Position numbers and translations under genes: made by a program
Part shown: piece by piece, positions 13,791-27,110 of the stretch
Layout of the letters: each line of letters begins with the position of its first letter
How positions within the stretch are numbered: the stretch's first letter is position 1
Notes under the pieces: generated by a model
Seen by the model: only the letters and a program-made list of their open reading frames with translations
What the model was told of the DNA's origin: nothing
Database searches by the model: none
Source of the DNA: Glaucostegus cemiculus
Lineage: Eukaryota
Assembly: GCA_976551045.1 (NCBI GenBank)
Contig: CDPCPM010000370.1
Location: 2,232,001-2,296,000 of the forward strand
Length of the DNA stretch: 64,000 nt
Direction: 5' to 3'

Positions 13791-15031
13791 CAATTAGCTG
13801 ACGAGAGGTCGTTGACATGAATGAAATTATCTATATTCACAACGCACTCCCAAGTATACAACGTAAAGAAAAAAAACCTAGCCAACCGAGTCGCTTTATT
13901 TCCATCCCCTTCTTCCTTTAGTGCCATGCCACAATGCAGATATTTTACGACTTATTATGCGGATGTATGACAGAAAAACCGAGTGATCTTGTCCATCTCT
14001 CTCTCTTTTCTCTTTATGGTTTTGGAATAAATCAGTGTCTGTATCATTTATATGTATTTCCTGAAAAAGTACATCGAGTAATTACGGTCTAAGTATTTCT
14101 ACCTTTCTCCCTATATCTTTTGTTTTAATTCTCTCAAGCCGGACATGCCACCAATTCCAACTTAGCTGTTAAAAACTTCATTGTTTCAACTGTTAACTTT
14201 TCCACTCATTGACGGAGAACGTTAACGCTGCTTCTCCTTCTGCAGGTGCAGTCTAACCAATTCAGAATTCTCAGCTTACCACCGCCCTCTCTCTTTCTCT
14301 TTCTCTCTCTGTCTCTGTTGATGTATCTCTCAATTAAGCGCGNNNNNNNNNNNNNNNNNNNNNNNNNNNNNNNNNNNNNNNNNNNNNNNNNNNNNNNNNN
14401 NNNNNNNNNNNNNNNNNNNNNNNNNNNNNNNNNNNNNNNNNNNNNNNNNNNNNNNNNNNNNNNNNNNNNNNCTTTCTCTCCTGTTCTCTCCAATAAAATC
14501 CTCTCTGTGGATGTGATGAAATATCCCATGTGTCTGTCGCGTGGGATTTGTATTAGGAATAAGCAACAGAGTAATTTAGCATCTAATCCCTTTGCTGAAA
14601 TCCGACGGAGGTGCGGATATAGACAGAAGGTCACAGACAAATTTAACCAGTGCACACATTTCACCAGCCAATCAGTGTCTTCTCTGAAGGATAACTTTAC
14701 CCAGCCCTCTTAGCTCCCTGCTGTTGTGATGACCTCGGCCTCAGTAATTCCAGGATTCCTCCATCACAGCGATCAAGAGTGTTTATTTCGAAACACGATC
14801 CCTGTAAGCGAATCTGTCTCCCTAAAGGAACACTGACTGTGTCCTAGCAGGGGAATAGGGTGTTGGGTGGGGCCTGATGGGTGGAGTTAGTCCAAGAGCT
14901 GTTCGTATTCGTTGACATTTACGCACCGCCCATCCTCTCCACAGGAGCACCTGCACAAACAGAAGAAGCAACAAAGCCCCGAAGCCTAACAGCAAATCGT
15001 TGAGGAGGAAATTTCATCATTTGCAAACAAA

Positions 15032-15494
15032 ATGCGAATCTTCGTCGTCTGGATTGTGTGCGGGGTATGCCTGACAGGTAATAGCGCAGTAGACAATTTG
15101 TCTCTTGTCTCTAAAGGTGTATCGAGCTGAATAGCGAACACACGAAATGTAATCTTTTCTTTGTTGAAAATATATACTTTTTTAAGATCCGAGTTATGGA
15201 GATTCTGTCACTCAAACGCTGTCTTCAGCAAGGAAGACGGAAGGAGAGGCCGTGACATTCTACTGCACCTATGATACTACAGCGGGCTACTACCGTTTGT
15301 ACTGGTACCGGCAACGTCCAGACCTGATGCCCGAATTCATAGTGCGGAAATATTCAGAAGGTGCTGAGGTGAAAGAAGATTTTGCAAAAGATCGTTTCTC
15401 TTTCGGTATTCACACTTCGAACAAAACCACCACTTTGATGATTTCGCGGCTTCGACCAAATGATTCTGCAGTTTATTACTGTGCCATTCCGGAG
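15032..15494 (+). CDS. TRAV/TRDV: TCR alpha/delta-type V segment A2, apparently functional (leader 15032-15077, V exon 15187-15494)
   Basis: Leader MRIFVVWIVCGVCLT, GT..AG intron. Open V: DSVTQTLSS...FYC...WYRQRP...KDRFSF...DSAVYYCAIPE. Confidence 0.93.
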
Positions 15495-15533
15495 CACAGT
15501 GATTTAGACAACTGAAACATCCGTACAAAAACG
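15495..15533 (+). other. 23-RSS of V A2
   Basis: CACAGTG - 23 nt - ACAAAAACG. Confidence 0.95.
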
Positions 15534-16274
15534 CCAGCTCCAATACAGATCTTGACTTTGCCCGCTGCAGTTGGATGCACCTGCACTTTTCTTACTGTTT
15601 GTGGTTTCCTGATAAGGTGATATCTCTCCCAAATTCACTCAGTTTCCCTTGTCCTTGTTCCGTGCCGGCTCCTCTGTGGTTTCCCTGTCACTCGCTGAAG
15701 CTTGTCTTTCTAATATCCGTCTTGAGATTCATAAAATCTGTTCACTGCTTTTTTCTCTCTCTCTCTGTGAAAGAGCTGACGGATCACAATAGCTTGGCAC
15801 CGTGCGCCACTCTCAGTCTATTTACCGAAAAAAATCACAAGCTACGCCCCGAACTCCAATTTCTGGTCTTGCTGACTTTCCAGCGGCCGCTATCCCCAAA
15901 GTTCCAGCTGGCGCGTCTGAATATCCAAAAACAAATTAATCGAAATAACGAAACAATCAATTTTGAGTGATGGAAATGCCAATTAGCGCCTGGCAAATCA
16001 AGGCACGTGTGAAATGTAGGGATGAATTAATGGCAACATTTCCGGGTAACTCTGAAGAATACCAAAGACTGACACATACACAACATCAACACTGTAAGAA
16101 CAGAAGAAGACATGTTCCGGAAGAGGCCACTCGGCCACTAAAGCCTACCATTCCATTGCGGATTATCACGGCGGACTACTGCAGACATGCTCTTCTCTTC
16201 TCTTCCATTCTTATTGACCCACAATTCCAGGTCCTTTCCAATAACTGTCTGTTCACCTTGAAATTCCCCAATTG

Positions 16275-16690
16275 GACTTTCTTCCTGGGAGCGGAGAAGA
16301 ATGAGGGGAGATATGATACAGGTTTACAAAATGATGAGGGGCATAGACAGAGTTAATACGAGTAGGCCCTTTCCACCTAGATTACGAGAGATAAGTCCGA
16401 GAGGACATGGTTTTAAGGTGAAAGGAGAAAGGTTTAGGGGAACATTAGGGGGAACTTCTCCACTCAAAGAGTGGTGTGAGTGTGGAACGGGCTGCCATCT
16501 GATGTAGTAAATGCCGGCTCACTCTTAACTTATGAGTAAATTGGATAGATACATGGACGAAAGAGGTCTGGAGGGTTATGGGCTGCTGCAGGTAAATGGG
16601 ACTATCAGAATAATGTTCCGGCAAAGACTAGAAGGGCCGAAAGTCCTATTTTTTCAGCTACAATTTTCCCTGGTTCTATGGTTCTCTAAA
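16275..16690 (+). mobile_element. CR1 3' fragment (paralogous copy at about 20775-21200)
   Basis: RRMRGDMIQVYKMMRGIDRV...RGHGFKVKGERFRG; ends in a tggttctatggttct tail. Confidence 0.8.
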
Positions 16691-18910
16691 ACAGTTTCCG
16701 TGACCATTGCGGCATAGAAACTCCCAGAAATTCACCACTATTCGCGAGAAAAAGCTCCTGCGGCCATGAGTTTCAAATAACTGGTTCCCAATTCCGTACC
16801 ATGTTCCTGTTCACTTGTTGCACAGTCTCTCGCTTAGGAAAGTAACCCCAAATCTCTACCTCATGCCCCCAAATTATCTTACATGTTGCAATAAGGTTAC
16901 CACTCATTATTTGCAATATACCGAGCTCTCTGTGAAATAGCTGGGTAACAAGACTTGGAGTAGGGCGCACGCCATAAACAGTGGAAAGTGCCAGAGAAAG
17001 ATAACAAAAATTGAAAATAATGAGTATATTAAACCATAGTACAGCAAGTATGTTATAAAGTACTTCATGCATTAGTTCAGGTTGGTGTTTTAACGGCGCT
17101 TTTTTAACTGGTGAATATTCCCATTTCGATATACTGTTTGAAATAAACATGAAATGTTGTTTATACTTGTTAAAATGGTGGACATTGGTTAATGGGAGAG
17201 TTTACTGCCGCGGGATACCATCTGTTGCTGACGAGGAACGAAATCAGTCATTAACTACGGTGGTGCACTGAAAGCAAGCTCAGAACATTTCCACACCATT
17301 CACCCACAATGGGCTTAAAAATAATTTGTGGTATGAACTGTGACAATATAATTGTTCGTCATGGTATGTGATGGTTCCAAGCTCCGCGGGAACAATTGAC
17401 AGTGTCCACACTCGGTTTTATATTTTCGTAGTCCCAAGTATATCCAGTGGAACTCCCTTTTCTGCAGCGTCTATCCTCGAACTACTTGTCCTTCCCATTA
17501 AGGTTTCCACACTTCGCCGGGGTCGATTGGTCTGAAGAGTTGCCCATCACCTAAAGGATAAAGTGAGGTTACACCTTGACAGAAGGTGAGTGCTGGCCAG
17601 AGACTGATATTCCTCAGCGGCGCTTGGTGCCAACTGTATTACGAACTGCTTGATAGAGCGTGGAAATAAAACACATGGGTTACGAGAAGGGAGCAACTGT
17701 GGGGGATAAAATCCATTGGTCGCCGTGTCGCAGTGGAAAATGTACCCCGAAATAATCGTAATAAACCCACATAGTGTCGGCCTGTTGGGTCACGACTCGC
17801 CGAGTGGAGAGGTTTGCACAGTGAAAGCATGGAAGTTTCCCATAGATCCGCTGCCTTCCGCTGATGTTCAAGGTAATTAACACCTGAACTGCTATCAACA
17901 TGTGTAACCACTTTTAGTGAGCTATGGACTTGGAAACCAGATCCCTGTGGACGCTGTTTTGATTCTTGCGACTAACAGTGTACTGTCCCTTTACATCTGA
18001 TATCCCATTGTGAAAAACCTCATATTTTGTCAGCTCAAATTCCATCTTCCTTTTCTCTGCCTGTATCTGCAACTGCCCTACATCCCGCTGCCTCGTTTAT
18101 GAGTCTTCTACGCTAACAAGAGCACCAATCTTTCTATCATCTGCAAACTTACGAACCCACACAACTACGTTTTAATCCAGGTCTTGTACATGTCTCAAAA
18201 TAGCACAGTTCCCAGTACGGATACCTGCGGAACACCACAGGTCGCAGACCTCCAGCCAGAATAAGTCACATCGACCACTGCCCTCTATCTTCTATGGGCA
18301 AGCCAAATCTGAGAGCGGAAGACACCAGAACTTTACTTCGGGCCCCGAAGCAATTGACTGACGAGAGCTCGTTGACATGAATGAAATTATCGATATTCAC
18401 AAAACACTCCCAAATGTACAATTTAAGGAAAAACAAAAGACAACTGAGTTGCGTTCTTTCCATCCATTTCATCCCTTAGCGCCAGGCCACAACGTAGATA
18501 TTTGAGGACTTATTCAGGGGATGTATCACACAAGAACCGAGTATTCTTGTCGGTCTCTCTCTCTTTTCTCTCTATGGTTTTAGACCAATCAGTGTCTGTA
18601 TCATTTATATCTATTTCCTGGAGAAGTAATCGAGTAATTACGGTCTAAGTATTTCTAACTTTCTCCCTATGTCTTTTGTTTTAATTCTCTCACGCCGGAG
18701 CATGCCAGAAATTCCTATCTAGTTATTAAAAACTTCATTGGTTCAACTGTTAACTTTTCAACTCATTGACATAGAACGTTAATGCTGCTTCTCCTTCTGC
18801 AGTTGCAGTCAAAACAATTGAGAATTCCCAGATTACCTCCCACCCCTCTCTTTCTCTTTTCCTCTCTCTGACTCTTTTGACTATCTCCCAATTGAGAGTG
18901 AGGCCGCGCG

Positions 18911-18914
<4 letters not shown>

Positions 18915-18949
<35 letters not shown>

Positions 18950-18968
18950 ACACACACACACACACACA
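18915..18968. repeat. (CA)n microsatellite upstream of V A3
   Basis: Directly visible, one GA interruption. Confidence 0.95.
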
Positions 18969-19546
18969 CCTCTTCTCCCATCTAGTTCTTTCTCTTCTGT
19001 TCTCTCCAATAAAATCCTCTCTGTGGATGCGATGGAATATCCTATATGTCTGTCGCGTGGGATTGGTATCAGGATTAAGCAACAGAGTAATTTAGCATCT
19101 AATCCCTTTGCTGAAATTCGACGAAGGTGAGGATATCGTCAGTAGGTCACAGACAACTATAACCAGTGAACACAATCACCAGCCAATCAGTGTCTTCTCT
19201 GAAGGATAACTTTATCCGGCGCTCTTAGCTCCCTGCTGTTGTGATGAGCTCGGCCTCAGTAATTCCAGGTTTCCTCCGTCACAGAGATCAAGAGGGTTTA
19301 TTTTGCAAAACGATCCCTGCAAGCGGATCCATTTCCCTAAATGAACACTGACTGTGTCCCAGCAGGGGGATAGGGTGGCGGGCCGGGGCTGAAGGGTGGA
19401 TTTAGTCCAAGAGCTGCTCCTATACGTTGAAATTTACGCTCCGCCCAGCCTCGCCACATGACCACCTGCACAAACAGAAGAAGAAACAAAGCCCTGAAGC
19501 CTGACCGCAAATCGTTGAGGAGGAAATATCATCATTTGCAAATAAT

Positions 19547-20008
19547 ATGCGAATCCTCGACGTCTGGATTGTGTGCGTGGCATGCCTGACAGGTAATAGC
19601 GCAGCAGACAAGTTCTCTCTTCTCTCTAAAGATGTCTCGAGCTGAATAGTGAACACACGCCATGCAATCTTTTCTTACTTGAAAATATATTTTTTTTAAG
19701 ATCCAAGTTATGGAGATTCTATCATTCAGACGCTGTCTTCAGCAAGGAAGACAGAAGGAGAGGCCGTGACATTCTACTGCACCTATAATACTACCGCGGA
19801 TTACTACTATTTATACTGGTACCGGCAACGACCAGACATGCTGTCCGAATTCATAGTGCGGAAATATTCAGAAGGTGCTGAGGTGAAAGAAGATTTTGCA
19901 AAAGATCGTTTCTCTTTCGGATTCCAAACTACGAACAAAACCACCACTTTAATGATTTCGCGGCTTCGACCAAATGATTCTGCAGTTTATTACTGTGCCA
20001 TTCCGGAG
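19547..20008 (+). CDS. TRAV/TRDV: TCR alpha/delta-type V segment A3, apparently functional (leader 19547-19592, V exon 19701-20008)
   Basis: Leader MRILDVWIVCVACLT, GT..AG intron, open V ending DSAVYYCAIPE. Close paralog of A2. Confidence 0.93.
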
Positions 20009-20047
20009 CACAGTGATGGAGACAACTGAAACATCCGTACAAAAACG
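20009..20047 (+). other. 23-RSS of V A3
   Basis: CACAGTG - 23 nt - ACAAAAACG. Confidence 0.95.
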
Positions 20048-22229
20048 CCAGCTTCAATACAGATCTCGACTTTGCCCGCTGCAGCTGAATGCACCTGCAC
20101 CCTGCTTACTGTTTGTGGTTTCCTGATAAGGTGAGAACTCGCCCAAATTCCCTCAGTTTCCCTTGTCCTTGTTCATTGCCGGTTCCGCTACGGTTTTCAT
20201 GTCACTCGCTATAACTTGCCTTTCTAATATCCGGCTTGAGATTCATAAAATCTGCTCACTGCTCTTTCTTTGCTCTTTGAAATAGCTGACGGATCACAAT
20301 AGCTTGGCGCCGTGCGCCACTCGCTGTCTATTTACCAAATAAAAACATGCCATGTTCCGAACTCCAATCTCTGGTCTTGCTCATTTCCCTGCTGCCGTTC
20401 TCCCCAATTTACCAACTGACGCGTCTGAATTTCCAAAAACGAATTAATCGAAATAACGAAACTTAATCAATATTGGGTGATGGAAATGCCAATTAGCGCC
20501 TGGCAAATCAAGGCACGTGAGAAAGGTAGGGATGAATTAATGGTAACATTTCGGGGTAACTCTGAAGAATACCAAAGACTGACACGTACACAACATCAAC
20601 ACTGTAAGAACAGAAGAAGACATGTTCCGGAGAGGCCACTCGGCCACTAAAGCCTACCATTGCATTGCGGATTATCACGGCTGATCTACCACAGCCCTGC
20701 TCTTCTCTTCTTTACCATTCTTATTGACTCACAATTCTAGGTCCTTTCCAATATTTTTCTGTTCCCCTTGAAATTCCCCAATTGGACTTTATTCCTTGGA
20801 GTGGAGAAGAATGAGGAGAGATATGATACAAGTTTACAAAATGATGTGTGGCACAAGCAGAGTTAATACGAGTTGGCCCTTTCCACCAAGATTCGGAGAG
20901 ATAAGTCCGAGGGGACATGGTTTTAAGGTGAAAGGAGAAAGGTTTAGGGGGAACATTAGGAGGAACTTCTTCACTCAAAGAGTGGTGTGAGTGTGGAACG
21001 GGCTGCCATATGATGTAGTAAATGCGGGCTCACTCTTAAATTGTAACAGTAAATTGGATAGATGCATGGACGAGAGTGGTCTGGAAGGTTATGTGCTGGC
21101 TGCAGGTAAATGGGACTTGTTGAATAATGTTCCGGCAAAGACGAGAGGGGCAAAAAGTCCTGTTTTCTGTGCTGCAGTTTTCTCTGGTTCTATGGTTCTA
21201 TAAAACAGTTCCCGTGACCCATCCGGCACAGAAACTTCCAGAAATTCACCACTCTTCGCGAGGAAGAGCTCCTGCGGCCATGACTTTCAAATCACTGATC
21301 CCCAATTCCGTAGCATGTTCTGTTCACTTGTTCCAGACTCTCTAGCTTGCTCAAGTAATTCCAAATCTCTACTCTCATGCTCCGCAAAAATCTTACATGT
21401 TGCAATAAGATTACCCCTCATTATTTGCAATATAACGAGCTCTCCGTAAAATAGCTGGATAACAAGACTTGGAGGAGGGCGCACTCCATAAACAGTGGAA
21501 AGTGACAAAGAAAGACAACAACAATTCGAAAATAATGAGCATATTAAACCAGAGTACAGCAAGTATGGAATAAAGCATTCATTAGTTCAGGTATGTGTTT
21601 CACGGCACCTGATACCATCTGCTGCTGACGAGGAACAAAATCAGTCATTAACTACGATGGTACATTGAAAGCAGGCTCAGGACATTTCCACACCATTCGC
21701 CCCCGGAGCTTAAAAATAAGTTGAGGTATGAACTGTGACAATATAATCCTTCGTCATGGTGTGTGATGGTTCCGAGCTCTGTGGGAACAATTGACAGTGT
21801 CCACGCTCGGTCTTACATTCTCGTAGTCCCAAATATCCCAAGAGCAACTGTCCTTTTCTGCATCATTGGTTATCATAGTACTTGTCCCTCCGATTGAGAT
21901 TTCCATGCTGCGCCGGGCACTGGTTGTCTGAAGAGTTGTCCAGCACCTGATCGATAATTCTTGTTTCCGCCCTGACGAGGCATAAACGCTTCTGAGAGAT
22001 CGACACTCATTCTTGGCGATGCTTGGCTCACGGATACTTGGATTGTATGCAGAATGATTAACAGGTAACAGCCCACAGAGCAAGTCATCTGCTTTCCAGA
22101 ACGGGGTTTCAGTCTGAATTGTAACGCACGTTGTACTAATAGTCTATCCATCTCCCTCACAGTTATAACAAATTCACACACCGCGGTCTCTCGACCCTCC
22201 ATCTCATTCAAGTTACATCTCTTACCCTA

Positions 22230-22234
<5 letters not shown>

Positions 22235-22298
<64 letters not shown>
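22235..22298. repeat. (TC)32 microsatellite
   Basis: Directly visible. Confidence 0.97.
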
Positions 22299-22301
<3 letters not shown>

Positions 22302-22329
22302 CCGTTGTCTCTCTTTCACTCTAATACAC

Positions 22330-22894
22330 TCCAAGCGATGAATGTGATGAATTAAACCAGGTCTTCGTGTGCAGCGGAATAGCAAAATTCATCCGGGGAA
22401 TGTGCCAATGCGTAATTTAGCATCTCGGCCTTTCGTTTGAGTTCAACATGAGAACTAGCTCAGAGAAAGAATATTACACTGAGCACATGTCATCAGGCAA
22501 TACATATGCTCTATAAACAATACCTGAAAGTGAATTGATCCAATGCTCACATTTCTTTGATGTGGTGTCTTCAACCTTCATCACAGTGCCGAGTTTACTC
22601 CGTTTAGTTGACCGGGAGGTTTCGTTCCTAGCCTGTTGTCTGAAAGTGGACCCGATTCACTAGAAGAACACTGAGTATGTCCCAGCTGTGGGGGGGGGGA
22701 GGGGGCGGGCTGTAGATGATCAGGCGGAGTGCGGAAGGTGGCGCGGCACAGGAGCGGGTTCCCATTCCCTGATATTCAGTGCCAGCCCACACACACTATA
22801 GCATCTTCAGCACAAACAGTAGAAGCAGGGACATCCTGAAGCCTGGCGAGAGTTGTTTCAGATGCAAATACCCTTACCTCATCCTTTGTTGGAC
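22330..22894 (+). pseudogene. Orphan family-A V promoter/5' region without leader or V exon
   Basis: Collinear with the regions upstream of A4/A5/A6 (ttcccattc.ctgatattca; aaacagtagaagc.ggacatcctgaagcct; atcctttgttggac). Similarity stops just before the expected ATG. Confidence 0.7.
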
Positions 22895-24702
22895 GTTACT
22901 CTGTTCAGGAAATCGTTTGAATTGTTCACGGTTGTTAAATCATATTCTGGCAGTTATAAGACTCAGTCCAATTACTGTGTGCATAATGACGTGGGAAATG
23001 TTAACATGCAATCTTCGAGCTTTGTTGTTTACTTGTGTCCCATTACACAGGCAATTCCACAGTACATTGATTCATATGCATGGGGGCTGCCGTATTATGT
23101 GTCATGGGGATCGCGAGACTGGTTCGCAGGTTTCAGACTTGGGGTTGGTTGAACAATGATAACCGGACCCCTTGACGGAGAATCTCGATGAATCCTTTGG
23201 TTCAGTCACCATAACAGTTCGTACCGCTTCTGCAACCAACAATGAATCAAACGCCATCAGGCTGAGATTTATGACACTTTGCGAAGTGACATCTGACCAC
23301 GGCTAATACTGGAGGAGACTTATCTCTCCAAATAACGTGGTTTCCTTCCAAATGTCAGGTGGCACTTGTAAGAACAGAGTGTGATTCAAGGGATACTTTC
23401 TTGAATATAGATTATCTTGTGGAGTAGCCGAGCACCCCGTTGCATTACGTCCATGCCGAGGGAAGTACAGGCCTGGCGGTGATTGATGCTGCTGCCTCAT
23501 AATACCAGAGACTCCGCTTCCATGTTCGTCTCCAAAACTGTCTATGCGAATATTGAGGTTTTTTTTCTCAATGATGCGTGGATTTTCGAACGGTGCTCCT
23601 GTTTCTTTGCAAATCCCAAATTCGTGCTGACAGTTGAAAATTACCCACTAATGTACGTCAATAACACAACAATCAGAGAGGAGGTGATGGGCACTTGAGT
23701 GCATGTTTCAAGGTTAGAGGGACATGAAGAGGTGACGAATGGGTATTTTGGCTCTGAAGGGAGCTGTCATGGACCAGGATGACCGCTTTTGGTACTGGTA
23801 TTAATTGAGGGGAAAATCATTCATTAGCTGACTGAGGATAAACAATAGAATGAGCAGCAAATTTCGGTATTGTTAATGATACCCACGTTAAGGAATTGAC
23901 CAGGAAAGGCAAGCTTCAAACTGAAACAGGAGTAATTTCTTAATGTTGCAAGCAAAGTCCGCTTGGTGTTTCAAATGTGGGAACAAAACTTTATTTAACA
24001 AATGACCTTCTACAATGTTTTGACGACCTTGTCTGCCTTTGGAGGAGAAATAAATTTGGAAACATACTTCTGTTCGCAAATAATTTCATGATATTTGATA
24101 TACCAATTGATTTTAAAATTTATTAATTTGAACCCGGCTGCATTGGGTTCGATTTTTTGAAAGATATCTCTGGAATGAATTTCATATCATGAATCGAATA
24201 CATTGGCTAATCTGTCAGGATTTCCGCCGTTTATAGATGTTAATTCGGCTTCAACATTCCGCTGCGCTGACTGAAAATACTGTGGAATGCAGACGCTTGC
24301 TCATCCAGAGGAACAGCTGTCCTTCCTATTCTTCTCAAGGGTCTACAACGGTCAAGCTACACCGCAGGATGACAAATACCACATAATCTGGGAGACGGGA
24401 AAAGCAGTGCAACCGCTGAATGATTCGCACATTTCAGAATGGTGTAACAAGACAAAGCACTAGAAAATAATATTCTCAATGGGCGAGTCAAGGTAGAATT
24501 ATGAAGCAGAAATAGTATTTGGCAAATTAATTGCAGTTGATATTTTAAATAACAACTGAACAGAACAGAAAAGCACAGCTACCTGATGTGAAGAAGTCAA
24601 GAGTTTCAGGTATCCCTTGATAAGGAGCCACCAGAATTTTATTCAACAGCATCACAGCATATATAATCTGGATTGTGTGCAGTCATAGGTTGGCAATTGA
24701 TT

Positions 24703-25110
24703 TGGTTATAGTTATGGTTATGTTTGATTATTGTCACCTGTACCGAGGTAGAGTGAAAAACTTGTCTTACAGACTGATCGTACAGACCAATTCATTACAC
24801 AGTGCAGTGGCATTGAGGTAGTACAAAGTGCATTGTACAGGTAATAAAATAGTAACAGTAACAGTACAGAGTCATGTGTCACAGTTGCAGAGAAATTGCA
24901 ATGCATAAGGTTCAAGGTCACAACAAGGTAGATCGTGACGTCATAGTCCATCTCATTGCACTAGACAACCGTTCAATAGTCTTATCACAGTGGGATAGAT
25001 GCCTTCCTTACGTCTGGTGGTGCTTGCTCTCGGGCACATATATCTTCTACCCGATGGAAAAGAAGAATGGAAAAGAATGTCGCGGGAGGGTGGGGTCTTT
25101 GATTATGTAG
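24703..25110 (-). mobile_element. Rex1/Babar-like 3' fragment (related minus-strand fragments at about 25810-26320 and 33155-33650)
   Basis: Reverse complement of the 12300-12700 tail (MDYDVTIYLVVT pseudo-ORF). Confidence 0.7.
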
Positions 25111-25120
25111 AACTTCTAAA

Positions 25121-25372
25121 TTATTTCATTTCAATTTTATATACAGCGTGGTAAAAGACCCTTTCGGCCCAACGAGTCCGGGCCGCCCATTTTAAACGCC
25201 CCAAATTAACCTACCCGTACGTCTTTTTTAGAATGTTGGAGGAAACCTGAACATCCGAAGGAAACCCACGCAGACACGGGAGAACGTACAAATTCCTTGC
25301 AGGCAACGACGGGAATCGAACCCCGATCGCTGGCGCTGTAATAGCGTCGCGCTAACGGCTACGCTATCCTGC
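25121..25372 (-). mobile_element. tRNA-derived V-SINE (HE1-like)
   Basis: Minus strand: A-box-like TAGCGTAGCCGTT, B box GGTTCGATTCC, central TGCGTGGGTTTCC..CGGATGTTCAGGTTTCCTCC domain. Confidence 0.8.
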
Positions 25373-26616
25373 TACTGTTTTACAAGTTGAAAACAGAGAA
25401 CTGAGATCATTTCCGAGTGCAATGTTTGCAACTGGTTGGTGCTAGAATCTCAATTCTGCCAATGATTGTATGACGAGATTCAGGAGTTATCTTCCCAAGT
25501 TAGCTGACGTTACCGAGCTAGGCTGTGTCAGGAGTAACGAGGTCTCTGGGAGCCGTGTGGCAGCGAGAAAGAACTTCGGGCTCGATGCTTTTGCTCATCA
25601 CCAGAACTCGCGCTTCTCTCATTCACCGCTCTCTGACTTCACTAAGGGACATGGTTGAGGACATGACAGAAACTTGCAGCATGATAGGTGCACAGGCTCA
25701 GTCTCTGTTTATTCCACACAATACTCATTGAATCATTTCGGTTGCTATTTAAATTAAACAGACCTCGCATTATTTGTGCAAGTCATACTTCCTATTACAG
25801 GAGTTCTTATTACACGTTTATTATTGATTTATTATGGTCAAATAGACTGAGATAGATGGAAATGTTTTGGTTTGCGTGCATTCCAGATAGACAATGCAAT
25901 CGATAACCACCTCTATGAAATAAAAGACACAATAGAATGCAGACGATAGTGTTGCTGTTGGAGAGGAAGTTTAATGCATGCAGAAAAATGAAGTGCAACG
26001 TCCATTAAGGGGAGATTAGGAGATCAAGAGTTCATCTTGTAGTGTATGAGAGGTCCGTTCACCAGTTTGGCAGAAGTAGGATGGAAGCTGCCCTTGAGCC
26101 GAGTGGTACGTACACTCAAGTTTTTGTATTTTCTGTCAGAGGGGAGAACAGAGACGAGAGAATGCGATGATGGTGCGACGGGTCCTAGAAGATATTGGCT
26201 GTTTTCCTGATGCAGTGGGAACTACAAACGGAGTCAATGGAGTGGCCGTTGGTTTCATTGATGAACTAGCCTTCGTTCTCAAATCTCTCTAATTTCCCGG
26301 GGTCTTGGGCAGAGCAGTTCCCTGTGTCCGCTTTGCCGCATTACAATGAACGGGAAGGTTTCGTTCCCAACCCGATCTCAGCAAGCAGAACCGCTTGACA
26401 AAAGGAATACTGACCGTGTTCCAGCCGGTGAGGTAGGTGGGTAGGCGGTGAGTGGAGAGTGGAGCGGGTCATGAGAGAGGTTCCCATTCGCTTATCTTCG
26501 CTCCCGGCCCATTCTCGTGACAATATTACCCGGAGAAACATCAGAGCAGAAAACATCCTGAAGCCTGACGGCTATTAGTTGAGGTCTGAGAACTCCAATC
26601 CATCCTGTGTGGACAA

Positions 26617-27110
26617 ATGCGAATCCTCGTCATCTGGATTGTATATGGAGCATGGTTGACAGGTAATGCGCAACAAACTGTTCATTTACTTTCTCCAATT
26701 CGAGCACAATCGTGAACGATCATCGACCGAATACTTACCTCTTTGAAAATATATTTTAAATACGTATCATGGAGATTCTGTGTCTCAGACGCCGTCCACA
26801 GCAGTGAAGGCAGAAAGTGAGACAGTGACTTTCAGATGCACCTATGATACTACAGAGCGTTACGACTATGTATTCTGGTACCTGCAAACTCCAGACTTGA
26901 GGACTCGTTATACTTATATTGAGGAAACGTTCGGATGGTAATGAATGGAAAGCAGATATTGATTCAAATCGTTTCACTGTCATTGTCCACACCGCAAGAA
27001 AATACAGCAGATTCACCTTCTCGGCGCTTGAACTGAGGGACTCTGCAGTTTATTACTGTGCACTTAAGTTACACAGTAATGAAAAGCATTTAGACCCTCG
27101 TACAGAAAAC
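26617..27110 (+). pseudogene. TRAV/TRDV: V pseudogene A4 with RSS
   Basis: Leader 26617-26662 intact. Acceptor AG changed to AA at 26758-26759. An insertion of about 4 nt near 26910 frameshifts the V. Ends DSAVYYCALKL. RSS CACAGTA-23-ACAGAAAAC at 27072-27110. Confidence 0.88.

Larger units (their letters stand above)
12750..21960 (+). repeat. Tandem ~4.5 kb segmental duplication, each unit carrying one V (A2, A3), plus the start of a third unit
   Basis: ATGs at 15032 and 19547 (offset 4515); heptamers at 15495 and 20009. Shared flanks and shared CR1 fragments. Confidence 0.9.

Noticed and set aside
25300-25372. tRNA gene (also 46784-46850)
   Set aside because: The A/B boxes are the heads of SINEs continuing into a V-domain core and tail; no full cloverleaf.
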